Source of the DNA: an uncultured Lachnospiraceae bacterium
GTDB lineage: Bacteria > Bacillota > Clostridia > Christensenellales > UBA1242
Reading direction: 5' to 3'
Assembly: GCA_964653635.1 (NCBI GenBank)
Contig: CAZZGZ010000001.1
Span: 139,986-203,668, forward strand
DNA: 63,683 nt
Each line of letters starts with the position of its first letter. The stretch's first letter is position 1. The notes below the pieces were generated by a model that had not been told where the DNA came from, did no database searches, and saw nothing but the letters and a program-made list of their open reading frames with translations. The position numbers and the translations under genes were made by a program. Below are positions 1 to 9,170 of the stretch, one piece after another.

Positions 1-581
1 ATATAGCCTAGATTTTCCATTGCAACAAAGTACCTTTCAGCTTCAACGAAAGTAAGTGAAAAATTTCTTCTTAAAAAAGAGATACTTATTTGACTTATCC
101 TATTTAAAGTCAGAACCTTTAAAACCTCAACAAAACCACATTCTTTCTCTATTGACATTCGCATTTTTTGTACATCTTTTATCCCATTTTTATCATAAAG
201 TTCGTTAAATTGCTCAAATGTAAGCATAAAATTTTTTTTGTTAACATCACCACTACTAATATAACCAAGAGTCTTTAATGCTTGTAATAGATAAGTTCCA
301 ACCCTTTCACCAATTTTCAACTGTCCTTCTAAAAGTTCTAAGCTTACCTTACCATACTTTTCAAAAATTTCAACAGCTTTTATAATCAAATTTTCGTTTT
401 TAATTTTTGAAGATATCTCAGACAAAGTCAATTTTTCTTCACTTTCATCACGTTCAAGTTTAACCTTGTCGACGTGAGAGTTATTCAATTTATCATGCCG
501 AATTTGTTCATTTCGTTCATCTCGTATTTTCATAAGCCTAAAATATAATTCATCTTTTTGTACTTGTTGAAAATCAAACAT
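1..581 (-). CDS. Hypothetical protein with tandem FtsK-gamma-like winged-helix domains (3' end truncated by window edge)
   Basis: Not in the ORF track. Manual translation from ATG at 581 (RBS AGAGGGG, 11 nt after the ftsK stop) is open to the window edge: MFDFQQVQKDELYFRLMK...ENLIIKAVEIFEKYGKVSLELLEGQLKIGERVGTYLLQALKTLGYISSGD...GFVEVLKVLTLNRISQISISFLRRNFSLTFVEAERYFVAMENLGY. Both repeats resemble the gamma domain of the adjacent FtsK. Confidence 0.75.
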   Translation of the reverse strand, partial: MFDFQQVQKDELYFRLMKIRDERNEQIRHDKLNNSHVDKVKLERDESEEKLTLSEISSKIKNENLIIKAVEIFEKYGKVSLELLEGQLKIGERVGTYLLQALKTLGYISSGDVNKKNFMLTFEQFNELYDKNGIKDVQKMRMSIEKECGFVEVLKVLTLNRISQISISFLRRNFSLTFVEAERYFVAMENLGY

Positions 582-592
582 ATAACCCCTCT

Positions 593-3500
593 TTAGTAAT
601 CAACATCGCCATAAATTTCCTCAAATTCTTCCATGGTAATGAGTACCGTTCGCCCCTTAACACCATCAGCAGGTGTTACATATCCAAGTTCCTCCATATG
701 ATCAACAAGGCTAGCAGCTTTTGGATAACCCATAGCAAACTTCCGTCTTAACATAGTTATTGAAGCTTGTTTATTTTCAATGCAAAGTTTAAGTGCCTGC
801 ACAAACAGAGGATCAATTTCATTCCCACTTGACTTATTTCCAACCGCATTTAATTTGCTCGGATTAGTAATTAGTTGTTCTATTTCTTCATCAAAAATCG
901 TTTCATTATTTTCTTTTGCAAAGTCAACAATATCGTTAATTTCATTAGTTTCAACATAACATCCTTGAACACGCATCCCCTCTGGTGCTCCCTCTGGAAG
1001 ATAAAGCATATCACCACGACCTAACAATTTTTCAGCTCCAACACTTTGAAGAATAGTCATAGAATCCATGGACGATGTTACTCTAAAAGCAATCCTAGAA
1101 GGAATATTACTTTTAATTAGTCCAGTGATAACATCAACAGTAGGTTTTTGTGTTGCAAGAATAAGATGTATGCCCGCCGCTCTGGCTTTTTGTGCCAACT
1201 TAATAATTTTATCTTCACATTCTTTTTTAGAGTTCATCATTAAATCATTTAACTCATCAACGATGATAACAAGATAAGGCATTTTTTCTTCTTTACCGAT
1301 TTTTACACTCTCACGGCTGTTGAATTCTTCGATTGAACGAACCCTAGCATGTTCTAACATTTCATATCTCTTTTCCATCTCAGCCACAGCCCAAGAGAGA
1401 GCATTCACTGCCACCTTTGGATCATTAATAATTCTAGGAGTGATAAGATGAGGAAGTTCAGCATATGAAGAAAATTCCACACGTTTAGGATCAATAAGCA
1501 TAATTCTAACATCGCTTGGTGAGGCTTTATAGATGATACTCAAAATAATTGAATTTAAGCATACAGATTTCCCTGAACCAGTAGTTCCAGCAATGAGAAC
1601 ATGTCTAAGTTTTTTAAGGTCGCCGACAAGCACCCTACCTGTAATGTCACGCCCGAGAGCAAAACATAATGGTGAAGGATTTTCATTAAACTCACGTGAA
1701 GCTAATATATCACGCAAACTTACTTTACCTATTGTGCGATTTGGCACTTCAATTCCCACTACGCTTTTGCCTGGAACTGGAGCTTCAATACGAACAGCCC
1801 CATTTGCAGATAGTGCCATAGCTATATCATCTGCACGATTTTTAACTTTTGTGACTGGAACCCCTATTGGCATTTCAAGTTCATACCTTGTAACTGCTGG
1901 TCCTATTAATACCGCTTTAACTTTGGCTGGAATATCAAAAGTCTCTAAATTATTCTCAAGGATAACTTTTTTAGTAGTAACCTCTTCTGCCATAAATGAT
2001 AGGTCGTCTGACTTTGTAGTGATAAGCGATAAAGGTGGTTTTGTGTAAACATAAGGTTTATTTTCTTTTTCAGACTCATAATTTCTATTTGGCAGTACAT
2101 TTGCAGTAATCTCATCATTTGTGATAAATCTTTCTCTCTGCCTTACATCATCTGGTGACATACGCTCTAAAAAGTTCGGTCTTAGTTGATTTTCACCAGC
2201 TCTATTCATCGTAGTAGGATTGGACACAATATCATCTTCACCTCTTCCCCAAACTTTCCTACCACTTTCAAATGGGTTTGATGTAAATTCATTTTCACGT
2301 GTCTGTTGTATATTCATTCGATCTAGCCCCTCTTTTGCGAGACTTTGTCTATTATCACCTCTTAAAAATTGTCCTTCACTACGTACGTCACCTTCTCTAT
2401 CAAAAGAAGCTCCATTAAAATCACGTTGTGTGTCACGTCCATTATCCTCTTTGATTACATTTTCTCCCTCTATACCTGACAGACTTTTCCAAGATGAACT
2501 TTCAGAACTTTTAGTACCACTTGTAAAATAAGAGTTTTTCTGCCTTTCTTCTTCTATCGTCTTGTGCATTAAAGTATCAACATCAAGAGTTAAATCACTA
2601 GCACTAACTTCAGGCAAACTAGTTCTTTTAACTTCACTTTTTGGTTCATGAAAGAGTTTATCTTCATGCACTACAAAATTTGGATTTATTTTGCATGACT
2701 CTTCGTGCATTTCTTCTATAATATTGTTATTATTATCAGGCTCGATTATAGTATCTGCCTTGACTTGACCACTAACAAAAATCTCTGGCTCAATATTTAA
2801 TGTATCGCTAGAATACGTTTCCTCATCTGCACTCAATGTTTGCTCATCATCAAACTTGTGTCTATCTGGGAACAGCTCTTCCAAATTAACTTTAGACGGC
2901 GTTAGTAAAAAATGCTTTAATTCTTCACGAGTCATGTTTTCTGTACTTACCTTTTCTCCAACCTGCATAGTCTGAGAAAGCCCAGCATTCTCTTCTCTTT
3001 CTTCATTTTGCGAAATCTCATCTTGTATATTTGCTGTTGCCATTATACCATTTTCTATGTCTTTCATGCGTGATTGAGAAGGTTGTGTTTGTTGCAAAGT
3101 TGGAGTCGCTGTTTTTGGAACACTTTCTTCTTTTTCTTTAAATCTAACTTGTAAAGGTTTCTCAAGATTTTGTGCAATTCTTTTTTGACGCCAACAATCA
3201 ATTATTATAGCAAGCGAAAAAGCCCCAAGAAGGAAAAATATGACAATCGCCCACCAAAAACTACCAGTTAAAAACTGAATGTTAGCTACAAAAAATCCTG
3301 AAATTGCGCCTCCTAAGGTATAAACTGCATTATAATTCGCACAAATATATTTAGAGTAAGTATTTATTTCTTCAGCGGGTATTAAACATTGAATATGAAT
3401 TGTTTGAATGAGACAAATTACACTAAAAATGAACAATGATACAAATACGGCATACCTTTTAGGCATTACGTATTTTTTTTTATTCAAAAATGCTAACCCA

Positions 3501-3703
3501 AGTATAAATGTGAAGATAAAAAATGGATAGGCAAAAAAACCCATGAGTGAAAGAGAGAATTTTATTGACCCAGGAATGAGATTTGAAAGCAATAGGATAT
3601 AAACTAACAAAGATAAAGTTATGAGCGTCCAACCCACAAGCTTACTATTATCTTTTTTAACCTTTTCTTTTTTTGCTTTATTTTTAAAGTTATAAATAGC
3701 CAC
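593..3703 (-). CDS. ftsK: DNA translocase FtsK/SpoIIIE
   Basis: N-terminal TM helices, long acidic linker, Walker A GTTGSGKS, LIDPKRVE, IIVDEL, ARAAGIHLILATQKP and a C-terminal gamma domain. Confidence 0.96.
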   Translation of the reverse strand: MAIYNFKNKAKKEKVKKDNSKLVGWTLITLSLLVYILLLSNLIPGSIKFSLSLMGFFAYPFFIFTFILGLAFLNKKKYVMPKRYAVFVSLFIFSVICLIQTIHIQCLIPAEEINTYSKYICANYNAVYTLGGAISGFFVANIQFLTGSFWWAIVIFFLLGAFSLAIIIDCWRQKRIAQNLEKPLQVRFKEKEESVPKTATPTLQQTQPSQSRMKDIENGIMATANIQDEISQNEEREENAGLSQTMQVGEKVSTENMTREELKHFLLTPSKVNLEELFPDRHKFDDEQTLSADEETYSSDTLNIEPEIFVSGQVKADTIIEPDNNNNIIEEMHEESCKINPNFVVHEDKLFHEPKSEVKRTSLPEVSASDLTLDVDTLMHKTIEEERQKNSYFTSGTKSSESSSWKSLSGIEGENVIKEDNGRDTQRDFNGASFDREGDVRSEGQFLRGDNRQSLAKEGLDRMNIQQTRENEFTSNPFESGRKVWGRGEDDIVSNPTTMNRAGENQLRPNFLERMSPDDVRQRERFITNDEITANVLPNRNYESEKENKPYVYTKPPLSLITTKSDDLSFMAEEVTTKKVILENNLETFDIPAKVKAVLIGPAVTRYELEMPIGVPVTKVKNRADDIAMALSANGAVRIEAPVPGKSVVGIEVPNRTIGKVSLRDILASREFNENPSPLCFALGRDITGRVLVGDLKKLRHVLIAGTTGSGKSVCLNSIILSIIYKASPSDVRIMLIDPKRVEFSSYAELPHLITPRIINDPKVAVNALSWAVAEMEKRYEMLEHARVRSIEEFNSRESVKIGKEEKMPYLVIIVDELNDLMMNSKKECEDKIIKLAQKARAAGIHLILATQKPTVDVITGLIKSNIPSRIAFRVTSSMDSMTILQSVGAEKLLGRGDMLYLPEGAPEGMRVQGCYVETNEINDIVDFAKENNETIFDEEIEQLITNPSKLNAVGNKSSGNEIDPLFVQALKLCIENKQASITMLRRKFAMGYPKAASLVDHMEELGYVTPADGVKGRTVLITMEEFEEIYGDVDY

Positions 3704-3983
3704 AACTTGCCTCCTTAAACAAACATGTAACTATAAACACCCTCGTGCATTGTATAAAAAATTATATCATAAAAAAATAAAATAAAACAAACTAAATCGC
3801 CTGTTTATTTAATTTTATCGGTTTTTTGTGAAATTTTTTTAATTATCAGAAGTTTTGTCTGTAAGCGGGATGAAGCCACATTTACTAGCAAAATTGATGT
3901 TAATTCAAATAGTGACAGGGTTGTGCAACAAACTTGTTTTTAAAGTTATTTAAGCAGGACAACATCCCTTCGTTTTTATTATC

Positions 3984-4700
3984 TTAATTTTTTAAACATT
4001 CACTAACCGTAGTTAAATTAAATCCATTAGATTTGTAGAAAAGAATAATATTTTCAAGTGCAGTAGCCGTACCAGAAGTTGGATGCATTAAGATAAAATC
4101 CCCACTGCTTGCATTTTTAATTGCACGAGAATATATCACACTAGCATCTTTATCACGCCAATCAATAGTGTCTTTAGTCCACATAATTGTCTTGTATCCA
4201 AGATCGACACATGCCTTAAGTGTGTTAGCATTGTAGTACCCGCTAGGCGGAGCAAATAAGGTCATTTCAAGTCCAAGCTTTTCTTTTATTATTTCATCGC
4301 AAGAAGCAATCTCGCTTAAATTGTCTTCATATGATAATTTGTCATGATCCTTATGATGATAACCATGATTAGCAATTTCATGTCCAGCTTCGAAAATTTT
4401 AAAAAGATATTCTTCGTTCATACTTGCCCATATACCACCTATAAAGAAAGTAGTTTTAACATCATACTTTGCTAACGTTTCAAGTATTTCATCTAAATAC
4501 TCATTGCCAAAATAGACATTAATCATCATACAAACATTATTTGAATTTTTGTTACCATTATAATATAGATTTTCAGCACTAACTGTGGTAGTAATTGAAC
4601 TTGGGATACTAGCACACATTGCAAGTATAAAGAGCATAATTACAATTATGACATTGATTAATGAACGTTTGATTTTTATTGCAAATATCGGTTTTTTCAT
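3984..4700 (-). CDS. Polysaccharide deacetylase (NodB/CE4, YlxY/PdaB-like), N-terminal membrane anchor
   Basis: TFFIGG, HEIANHGYHH, FAPPSG, DTIDW and ILMH motifs; follows pnp as ylxY does in Bacillus. Confidence 0.85.
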   Translation of the reverse strand: MKKPIFAIKIKRSLINVIIVIMLFILAMCASIPSSITTTVSAENLYYNGNKNSNNVCMMINVYFGNEYLDEILETLAKYDVKTTFFIGGIWASMNEEYLFKIFEAGHEIANHGYHHKDHDKLSYEDNLSEIASCDEIIKEKLGLEMTLFAPPSGYYNANTLKACVDLGYKTIMWTKDTIDWRDKDASVIYSRAIKNASSGDFILMHPTSGTATALENIILFYKSNGFNLTTVSECLKN

Positions 4701-4802
4701 ATTTAAACATATGCCAAACTTTAAATAAATATTTTCATTTCATGTTGAAAATTTTTATTATGATTTAATCTTCAAAAAATGGACATTGTTCTAGAAAAAA
4801 AA

Positions 4803-4845
4803 CTAAAAATAGCAGTATTATGCACGTAATACTAACTACATATTG
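4803..4845 (+). repeat. Dispersed 43-bp motif, copy A
   Basis: C taaaaata G cagta TTATGCACGTAA tactaa C tacatatt G; 4 nt past the pnp stop. Confidence 0.8.
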
Positions 4846-4849
4846 ATGA

Positions 4850-7009
4850 TTAGTCGATATTCTTGTCTGTCGCTTTTACTTCATCCCCCATATTGATTTT
4901 GTTTTCTCTTGCAAGTTCACTTGCGGGTATAATACGTTTTAAGTCAATTCTCCCCTTTTCGTCTACTTTAATGACTTCGACTTCTATTTTATCTCCTACC
5001 TTGACAACATCCTCAACTCTTGCAACATGATGATTTGATAGTTTAGAGATATGAACCATACCTTCTTTACCAGCCCCTAAATCTACAAAAGCACCAAATT
5101 TTGAAATGCGAACCACTTCTCCATCATATATATCGCCCACTTCAACTTCCTCAACTATAGAAAGTATGATCTTTTTTGCTTTCTCTACCATTTCTATATC
5201 AGCACTTGCAACAAAAACATTGCCATCATCATCTATATCAATCTTTACACCTGTTTCGGCTATTATTTTATTAATCACCTTTCCACCAGATCCGATAACG
5301 TCTTTAATTTTTTCTGGATCAATTTTAAAAGTTATAATTTTTGGTGCATAACGAGATAACTCTTTACGTGGCTGTGGAATTTCGTCTAAAAGTTTTTGCA
5401 TAATAAACATTCTTCCTACTTCGGCACGCTCTAATGCTTCTTTTAAAATATCTCTATCAATGCCTTTAATCTTAATATCCATTTGTATTGCAGTGATACC
5501 TTTTGAAGTACCAGCAACTTTAAAGTCCATATCACCTAAGAAATCTTCTAACCCCTGTATATCACTTAAAACTACAACTTTACCTGACTTATCATCTTTT
5601 ATCAAGCCCATAGCTATTCCTGCCACCGGTGCAGTAATAGGAACTCCGCCATCCATAAGAGCCAAAGTCGACCCACAAACCGATGCCATAGAGGAAGAAC
5701 CATTTGAGGAAAGCACTTCGCTTACTAGCCTAATGGCGTAAGGAAACTCATCTTCAGGAGGAATTACAGGCTCTAATGCACGCTCTGCCAAAGCACCATG
5801 TCCAATCTCTCTCCTACCCGTTGCTTTAATTGGCTTTGCTTCACCCGTTGCATATGGTGGCATATTATAATGATGAACATAACGATTTACCTCTTCATCA
5901 TCAAGCCCTTCAAGTTTTTGCATATCTGAAATTGTACCCAAAGTAAGTGCCGTTAATACTTGTGTCTGTCCTCTAGTAAAAACTCCTGACCCATGAGCAC
6001 GTGGTAACACACCACAGTCGCACCAAATAGGCCTAATTTCGTCAATCTTTCTGCCATCTGGACGTATACCTTTTTTAATAATTTTTGAACGGACAATCTC
6101 CTTTTTAATATTATAAAGCGTGTCGCTTATTTCCCGCTCACACCCATCAAATTTTTCTGCAAAGTATGATAAAACATCAGCCTTTACCTTATCCTCATTA
6201 ATTTGGCGTTCCGTTCTATCAAAACTATCTAGTGCCATCTCTAGTTTGTTTGTAGCATAAGCTCTAACCTGCTCATCAATTTCCTTTGGTACTTGATAGT
6301 ATTGTATCTCTTTTTTAGGTTTTCCTATCTGCAATGAAACATCTTCAATAAACTTTGCGATTTTTTTTATCTCTTCATGTGCAAACATAATTGCATCAAG
6401 CATGGTGTCTGTTGGTATTTGATTTGCCCCCGCTTCAACCATCAAAACTGCATCTAAAGTACCACTTACTGTAAGATGAAGACTAGATTTTTCACGTTCC
6501 TCTTGATTTGGATTGAGTAAAAATTTGTTGTCAATTAATCCAACTTGAACAGAGCCAGTAGGTCCATTAAATGGAATATCTGAAATCGTCAATGCAAAAG
6601 ATGAACCTAACATTGCTAACCACTCGGGTGTAACATCAGGGTCGACTGATAGTGCAGTAGCTACAATCTGCACATCATTATAAAACCCTTTTGGAAAGAG
6701 CGGACGAAGTGGACGATCTATGAGTCTTGAATAAAGAACAGCCTTATCAGACGGCTTTCCCTCACGCTTTTTGAACCCGCCAGGAATTTTACCAACAGAA
6801 TACATTTTTTCTTGAAATTCCACTCCTAAAGGGAAAAAATCCACCCCTTCACGTGCTTGTTCAGACATTGTAACATTGACCATAACCACAGTATCTTTAC
6901 AAGATACTACACATGAACCATTTGACTGTTCACAAAAACGCCCCGTTTCAAATTTAACAACCTTATCACCTATTTTTAATTCAAAAATTTTTCCTATTTT
7001 ACTACTCAT
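4850..7009 (-). CDS. pnp: Polyribonucleotide nucleotidyltransferase
   Basis: RLIDRPLRPLFP, RREIGHGALAERAL, SNGSSSMASVC, GDMDFKVAG, KH and S1 domains. Confidence 0.98.
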   Translation of the reverse strand: MSSKIGKIFELKIGDKVVKFETGRFCEQSNGSCVVSCKDTVVMVNVTMSEQAREGVDFFPLGVEFQEKMYSVGKIPGGFKKREGKPSDKAVLYSRLIDRPLRPLFPKGFYNDVQIVATALSVDPDVTPEWLAMLGSSFALTISDIPFNGPTGSVQVGLIDNKFLLNPNQEEREKSSLHLTVSGTLDAVLMVEAGANQIPTDTMLDAIMFAHEEIKKIAKFIEDVSLQIGKPKKEIQYYQVPKEIDEQVRAYATNKLEMALDSFDRTERQINEDKVKADVLSYFAEKFDGCEREISDTLYNIKKEIVRSKIIKKGIRPDGRKIDEIRPIWCDCGVLPRAHGSGVFTRGQTQVLTALTLGTISDMQKLEGLDDEEVNRYVHHYNMPPYATGEAKPIKATGRREIGHGALAERALEPVIPPEDEFPYAIRLVSEVLSSNGSSSMASVCGSTLALMDGGVPITAPVAGIAMGLIKDDKSGKVVVLSDIQGLEDFLGDMDFKVAGTSKGITAIQMDIKIKGIDRDILKEALERAEVGRMFIMQKLLDEIPQPRKELSRYAPKIITFKIDPEKIKDVIGSGGKVINKIIAETGVKIDIDDDGNVFVASADIEMVEKAKKIILSIVEEVEVGDIYDGEVVRISKFGAFVDLGAGKEGMVHISKLSNHHVARVEDVVKVGDKIEVEVIKVDEKGRIDLKRIIPASELARENKINMGDEVKATDKNID

Positions 7010-7051
7010 ATGCTTTTCCTTTTATATTTTAATAAAAAATCCATTAATAGT

Positions 7052-7088
7052 AAAAAAGGGCAAAAGAATAATTCTTCTTCCCCTTTTT
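7052..7088 (-). terminator. Probable intrinsic terminator after rpsO
   Basis: Imperfect hairpin AAAAAGGG...CCCTTTTT followed by a T-run on the minus strand. Confidence 0.5.
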
Positions 7089-7356
7089 ATTTTACTTCTC
7101 TAATGCCTAAAGATTTGATTAGCTCACGATAAGCATCTATATCCTTATCTTTCAAGTATTGTAAGAATGATTTTCTCTTACCAACTTTTTGCATTAAACC
7201 ACGACGAGAGTGATTATCTTTGGGATTTGTTTTCAAATGCTCAGTAAGACGTGTGATTTCCTCTGTCAATAATGCAACTTGAACTTGAACAGATCCTGTA
7301 TCATTATCAGACTGTTTGTAAGTATTGATAATTTCAGCTTTCTTATTTTGTTCCAT
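7087..7356 (-). CDS. rpsO: 30S ribosomal protein S15
   Basis: DTGSVQVQVALLT, HLKTNPKDNHSRRGL; start moved to ATG 7356 after GGAGG. Confidence 0.97.
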   Translation of the reverse strand: MEQNKKAEIINTYKQSDNDTGSVQVQVALLTEEITRLTEHLKTNPKDNHSRRGLMQKVGKRKSFLQYLKDKDIDAYRELIKSLGIREVK

Positions 7357-7379
7357 ATTTTTCCTCCGATTTAATTTTA

Positions 7380-7445
7380 CTCCCAAAACATAGCAATGCG
7401 TTCGAAGGGCTCGCAAAACTCTGCAATGGGTAGGAATATTTTCCC
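7380..7445 (-). promoter_or_regulatory. Putative S15 autoregulatory leader RNA
   Basis: GC-richer segment with complementary stretches (cattgc, gcgag/ttcga, ccca/tggg) between the rpsO promoter and RBS; this position is typical of S15 leaders. Confidence 0.45.
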
Positions 7446-7459
7446 ATATCGACGTTTTA

Positions 7460-7488
7460 AGTTTATCATATTGAAGAAGGTTTGTCAA
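7460..7488 (-). promoter_or_regulatory. SigA promoter of rpsO-pnp
   Basis: TTGACA-17nt-TAAACT with TG extension. Confidence 0.7.
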
Positions 7489-7656
7489 GCATTTTAGCAA
7501 AATAAAGATAAATTCATTCCTCTTCTCATTTAATTTAACTTATTTGCTTAAATACATAGCATCTTTATTTTGCCTTACTCCATATTCATTCTTTAACCTA
7601 ACGAAATGTAAACTTTCTACTCCTTTCACAAAAACATAATACTTTCCTGGCAATAT

Positions 7657-9060
7657 TTAACTAAAGAACTTTATCTTCTTTTCTATCATTTCGTCTATAC
7701 GAGCAATGTAATCTTCAATAAACTTACAATTTGGTTCACGTACTATTTTATTTTCAATATTATATACACGTTTCGAAATGGCACCTGCTCCAATACCTAT
7801 AATGCTGGTGATATCCTCCATTGAGTCTATATTAAAAAGACAAGGTTTTTTATCACGAAAATATCCAACATTTTCTAATCCTCCAAGCTGATTTTTTTGC
7901 CTGTACACGTAATAAGGCTCATAGCCATTTTCCCCCAAGACTTTGCTAGCATATTCTATCATAGCATTTACATTACTAAACTCAAATTCATTTTTTTGCT
8001 GACAAAGTTCTGCTCCTTTTTTGATACTAAGCGTATGAACTGTTACATTTTCGGGATAAAATTCGAGTACTTTAGACATTGTACGTTTAAATATGCCCAA
8101 TTTTTCCATAGGAAGTCCTGCGATGATATCCATATTAATATTAAATCCCATTTCACTGGCAATTTTATAAGCTCGAAGGACATCCTCATTTTTATGATTT
8201 CTACCAATTCGCTTTAAAGTACTTTCGCAAAATGTTTGTGGGTTTATGGATATTCTAGTAACATTGTGTTTTTTTAAGACTTCTAACTTTTCTTTTGTAA
8301 TTGTGTCAGGTCTTCCACACTCTACAGTAAACTCTGAAACGGGATAACTTAAATTAGCTAAAAGTACGTCAAGTTGTTCACAAGTTAATATGGTCGGCGT
8401 GCCGCCTCCCACATAAATCGTACGAATAATATATGAATTATCCTGAATCATTCTTTTTACAGCTTCGAGTTCTTTAAGAACACATTCAAGATAAGTATCA
8501 ATATTTTTTTCAACTTTTTTATATTCACTAGATATGAATGAACAATACAAACACCTAGTCGGACATATAGGAATATTGATATATAAATTTACAAGTTTAT
8601 CATTTCGAATAATACAACGTTGATTTGACAAAATTTTCTGAACAAGTCTAGCCTTTTCATAAGAGACACCATACTCTTTCACGAGCGATTCTACAAGAAG
8701 ATAGGGTTTACATTCACCACTTTCTATCATATCACGTGCAACTTTTGTAGGGTGAACCCCAGTTAGACTTCCCCATGGCAAGGTTGTTTTAGTTTCTTCA
8801 CATAAAACATTGTATAGCAGATTTTTTGCATAACGCTTTCTAATACTCTTAGATTTACGTTCACTTAAATCCGCCTTTAAAATATAGGCTTTTTCATATT
8901 TACGCTCCTTACCATTTTTTAGTATAAAGACATTACGAATTTCGCTTCCTAAGATGATTTCTTTGTGAGAAATTGAAAAAGGAGGAGTTCTGTCCCCATA
9001 AAATAAATTAATTAAATCAATAAAATCCTTCTTAAATTCACTCTCTGTTTCAATATTCAT
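7657..9060 (-). CDS. hemZ: HemZ-type radical SAM protein (coproporphyrinogen dehydrogenase-like)
   Basis: LPWGSLTGVHPTK, CPTRCLYC, YVGGGTPT, VECGRPDTIT, PYYVYRQKN. Confidence 0.88.
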   Translation of the reverse strand: MNIETESEFKKDFIDLINLFYGDRTPPFSISHKEIILGSEIRNVFILKNGKERKYEKAYILKADLSERKSKSIRKRYAKNLLYNVLCEETKTTLPWGSLTGVHPTKVARDMIESGECKPYLLVESLVKEYGVSYEKARLVQKILSNQRCIIRNDKLVNLYINIPICPTRCLYCSFISSEYKKVEKNIDTYLECVLKELEAVKRMIQDNSYIIRTIYVGGGTPTILTCEQLDVLLANLSYPVSEFTVECGRPDTITKEKLEVLKKHNVTRISINPQTFCESTLKRIGRNHKNEDVLRAYKIASEMGFNINMDIIAGLPMEKLGIFKRTMSKVLEFYPENVTVHTLSIKKGAELCQQKNEFEFSNVNAMIEYASKVLGENGYEPYYVYRQKNQLGGLENVGYFRDKKPCLFNIDSMEDITSIIGIGAGAISKRVYNIENKIVREPNCKFIEDYIARIDEMIEKKIKFFS

Positions 9061-9072
9061 ACTCTTTACCTA

Positions 9073-9115
9073 CTATATAATGTATTATTATGTGCATACT
9101 ATATGCAATATATAG
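9073..9115 (+). repeat. Dispersed 43-bp motif, copy B
   Basis: C tatataat G tatta TTATGTGCATAC tatatg C aatatata G; between rel and hemZ. Confidence 0.8.
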
Positions 9116-9170
9116 TAAAATGCAAATTTTATAAAATAATCTCACACCTTATAAAAATCGCCATATTTAC

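Noticed and set aside
2050-3170. Long low-complexity FtsK linker as a possible insertion or intein
   Set aside because: No intein or homing-endonuclease motifs; long variable linkers are normal in FtsK.
9070-9100. dif-like look of motif copy B (TATAA-TGTATTA-TTATG)
   Set aside because: The spacer is 7 nt rather than 6, the right arm is not TTATGT(T/A)AA, and the other seven copies lack the left arm, so it is not called a dif site.
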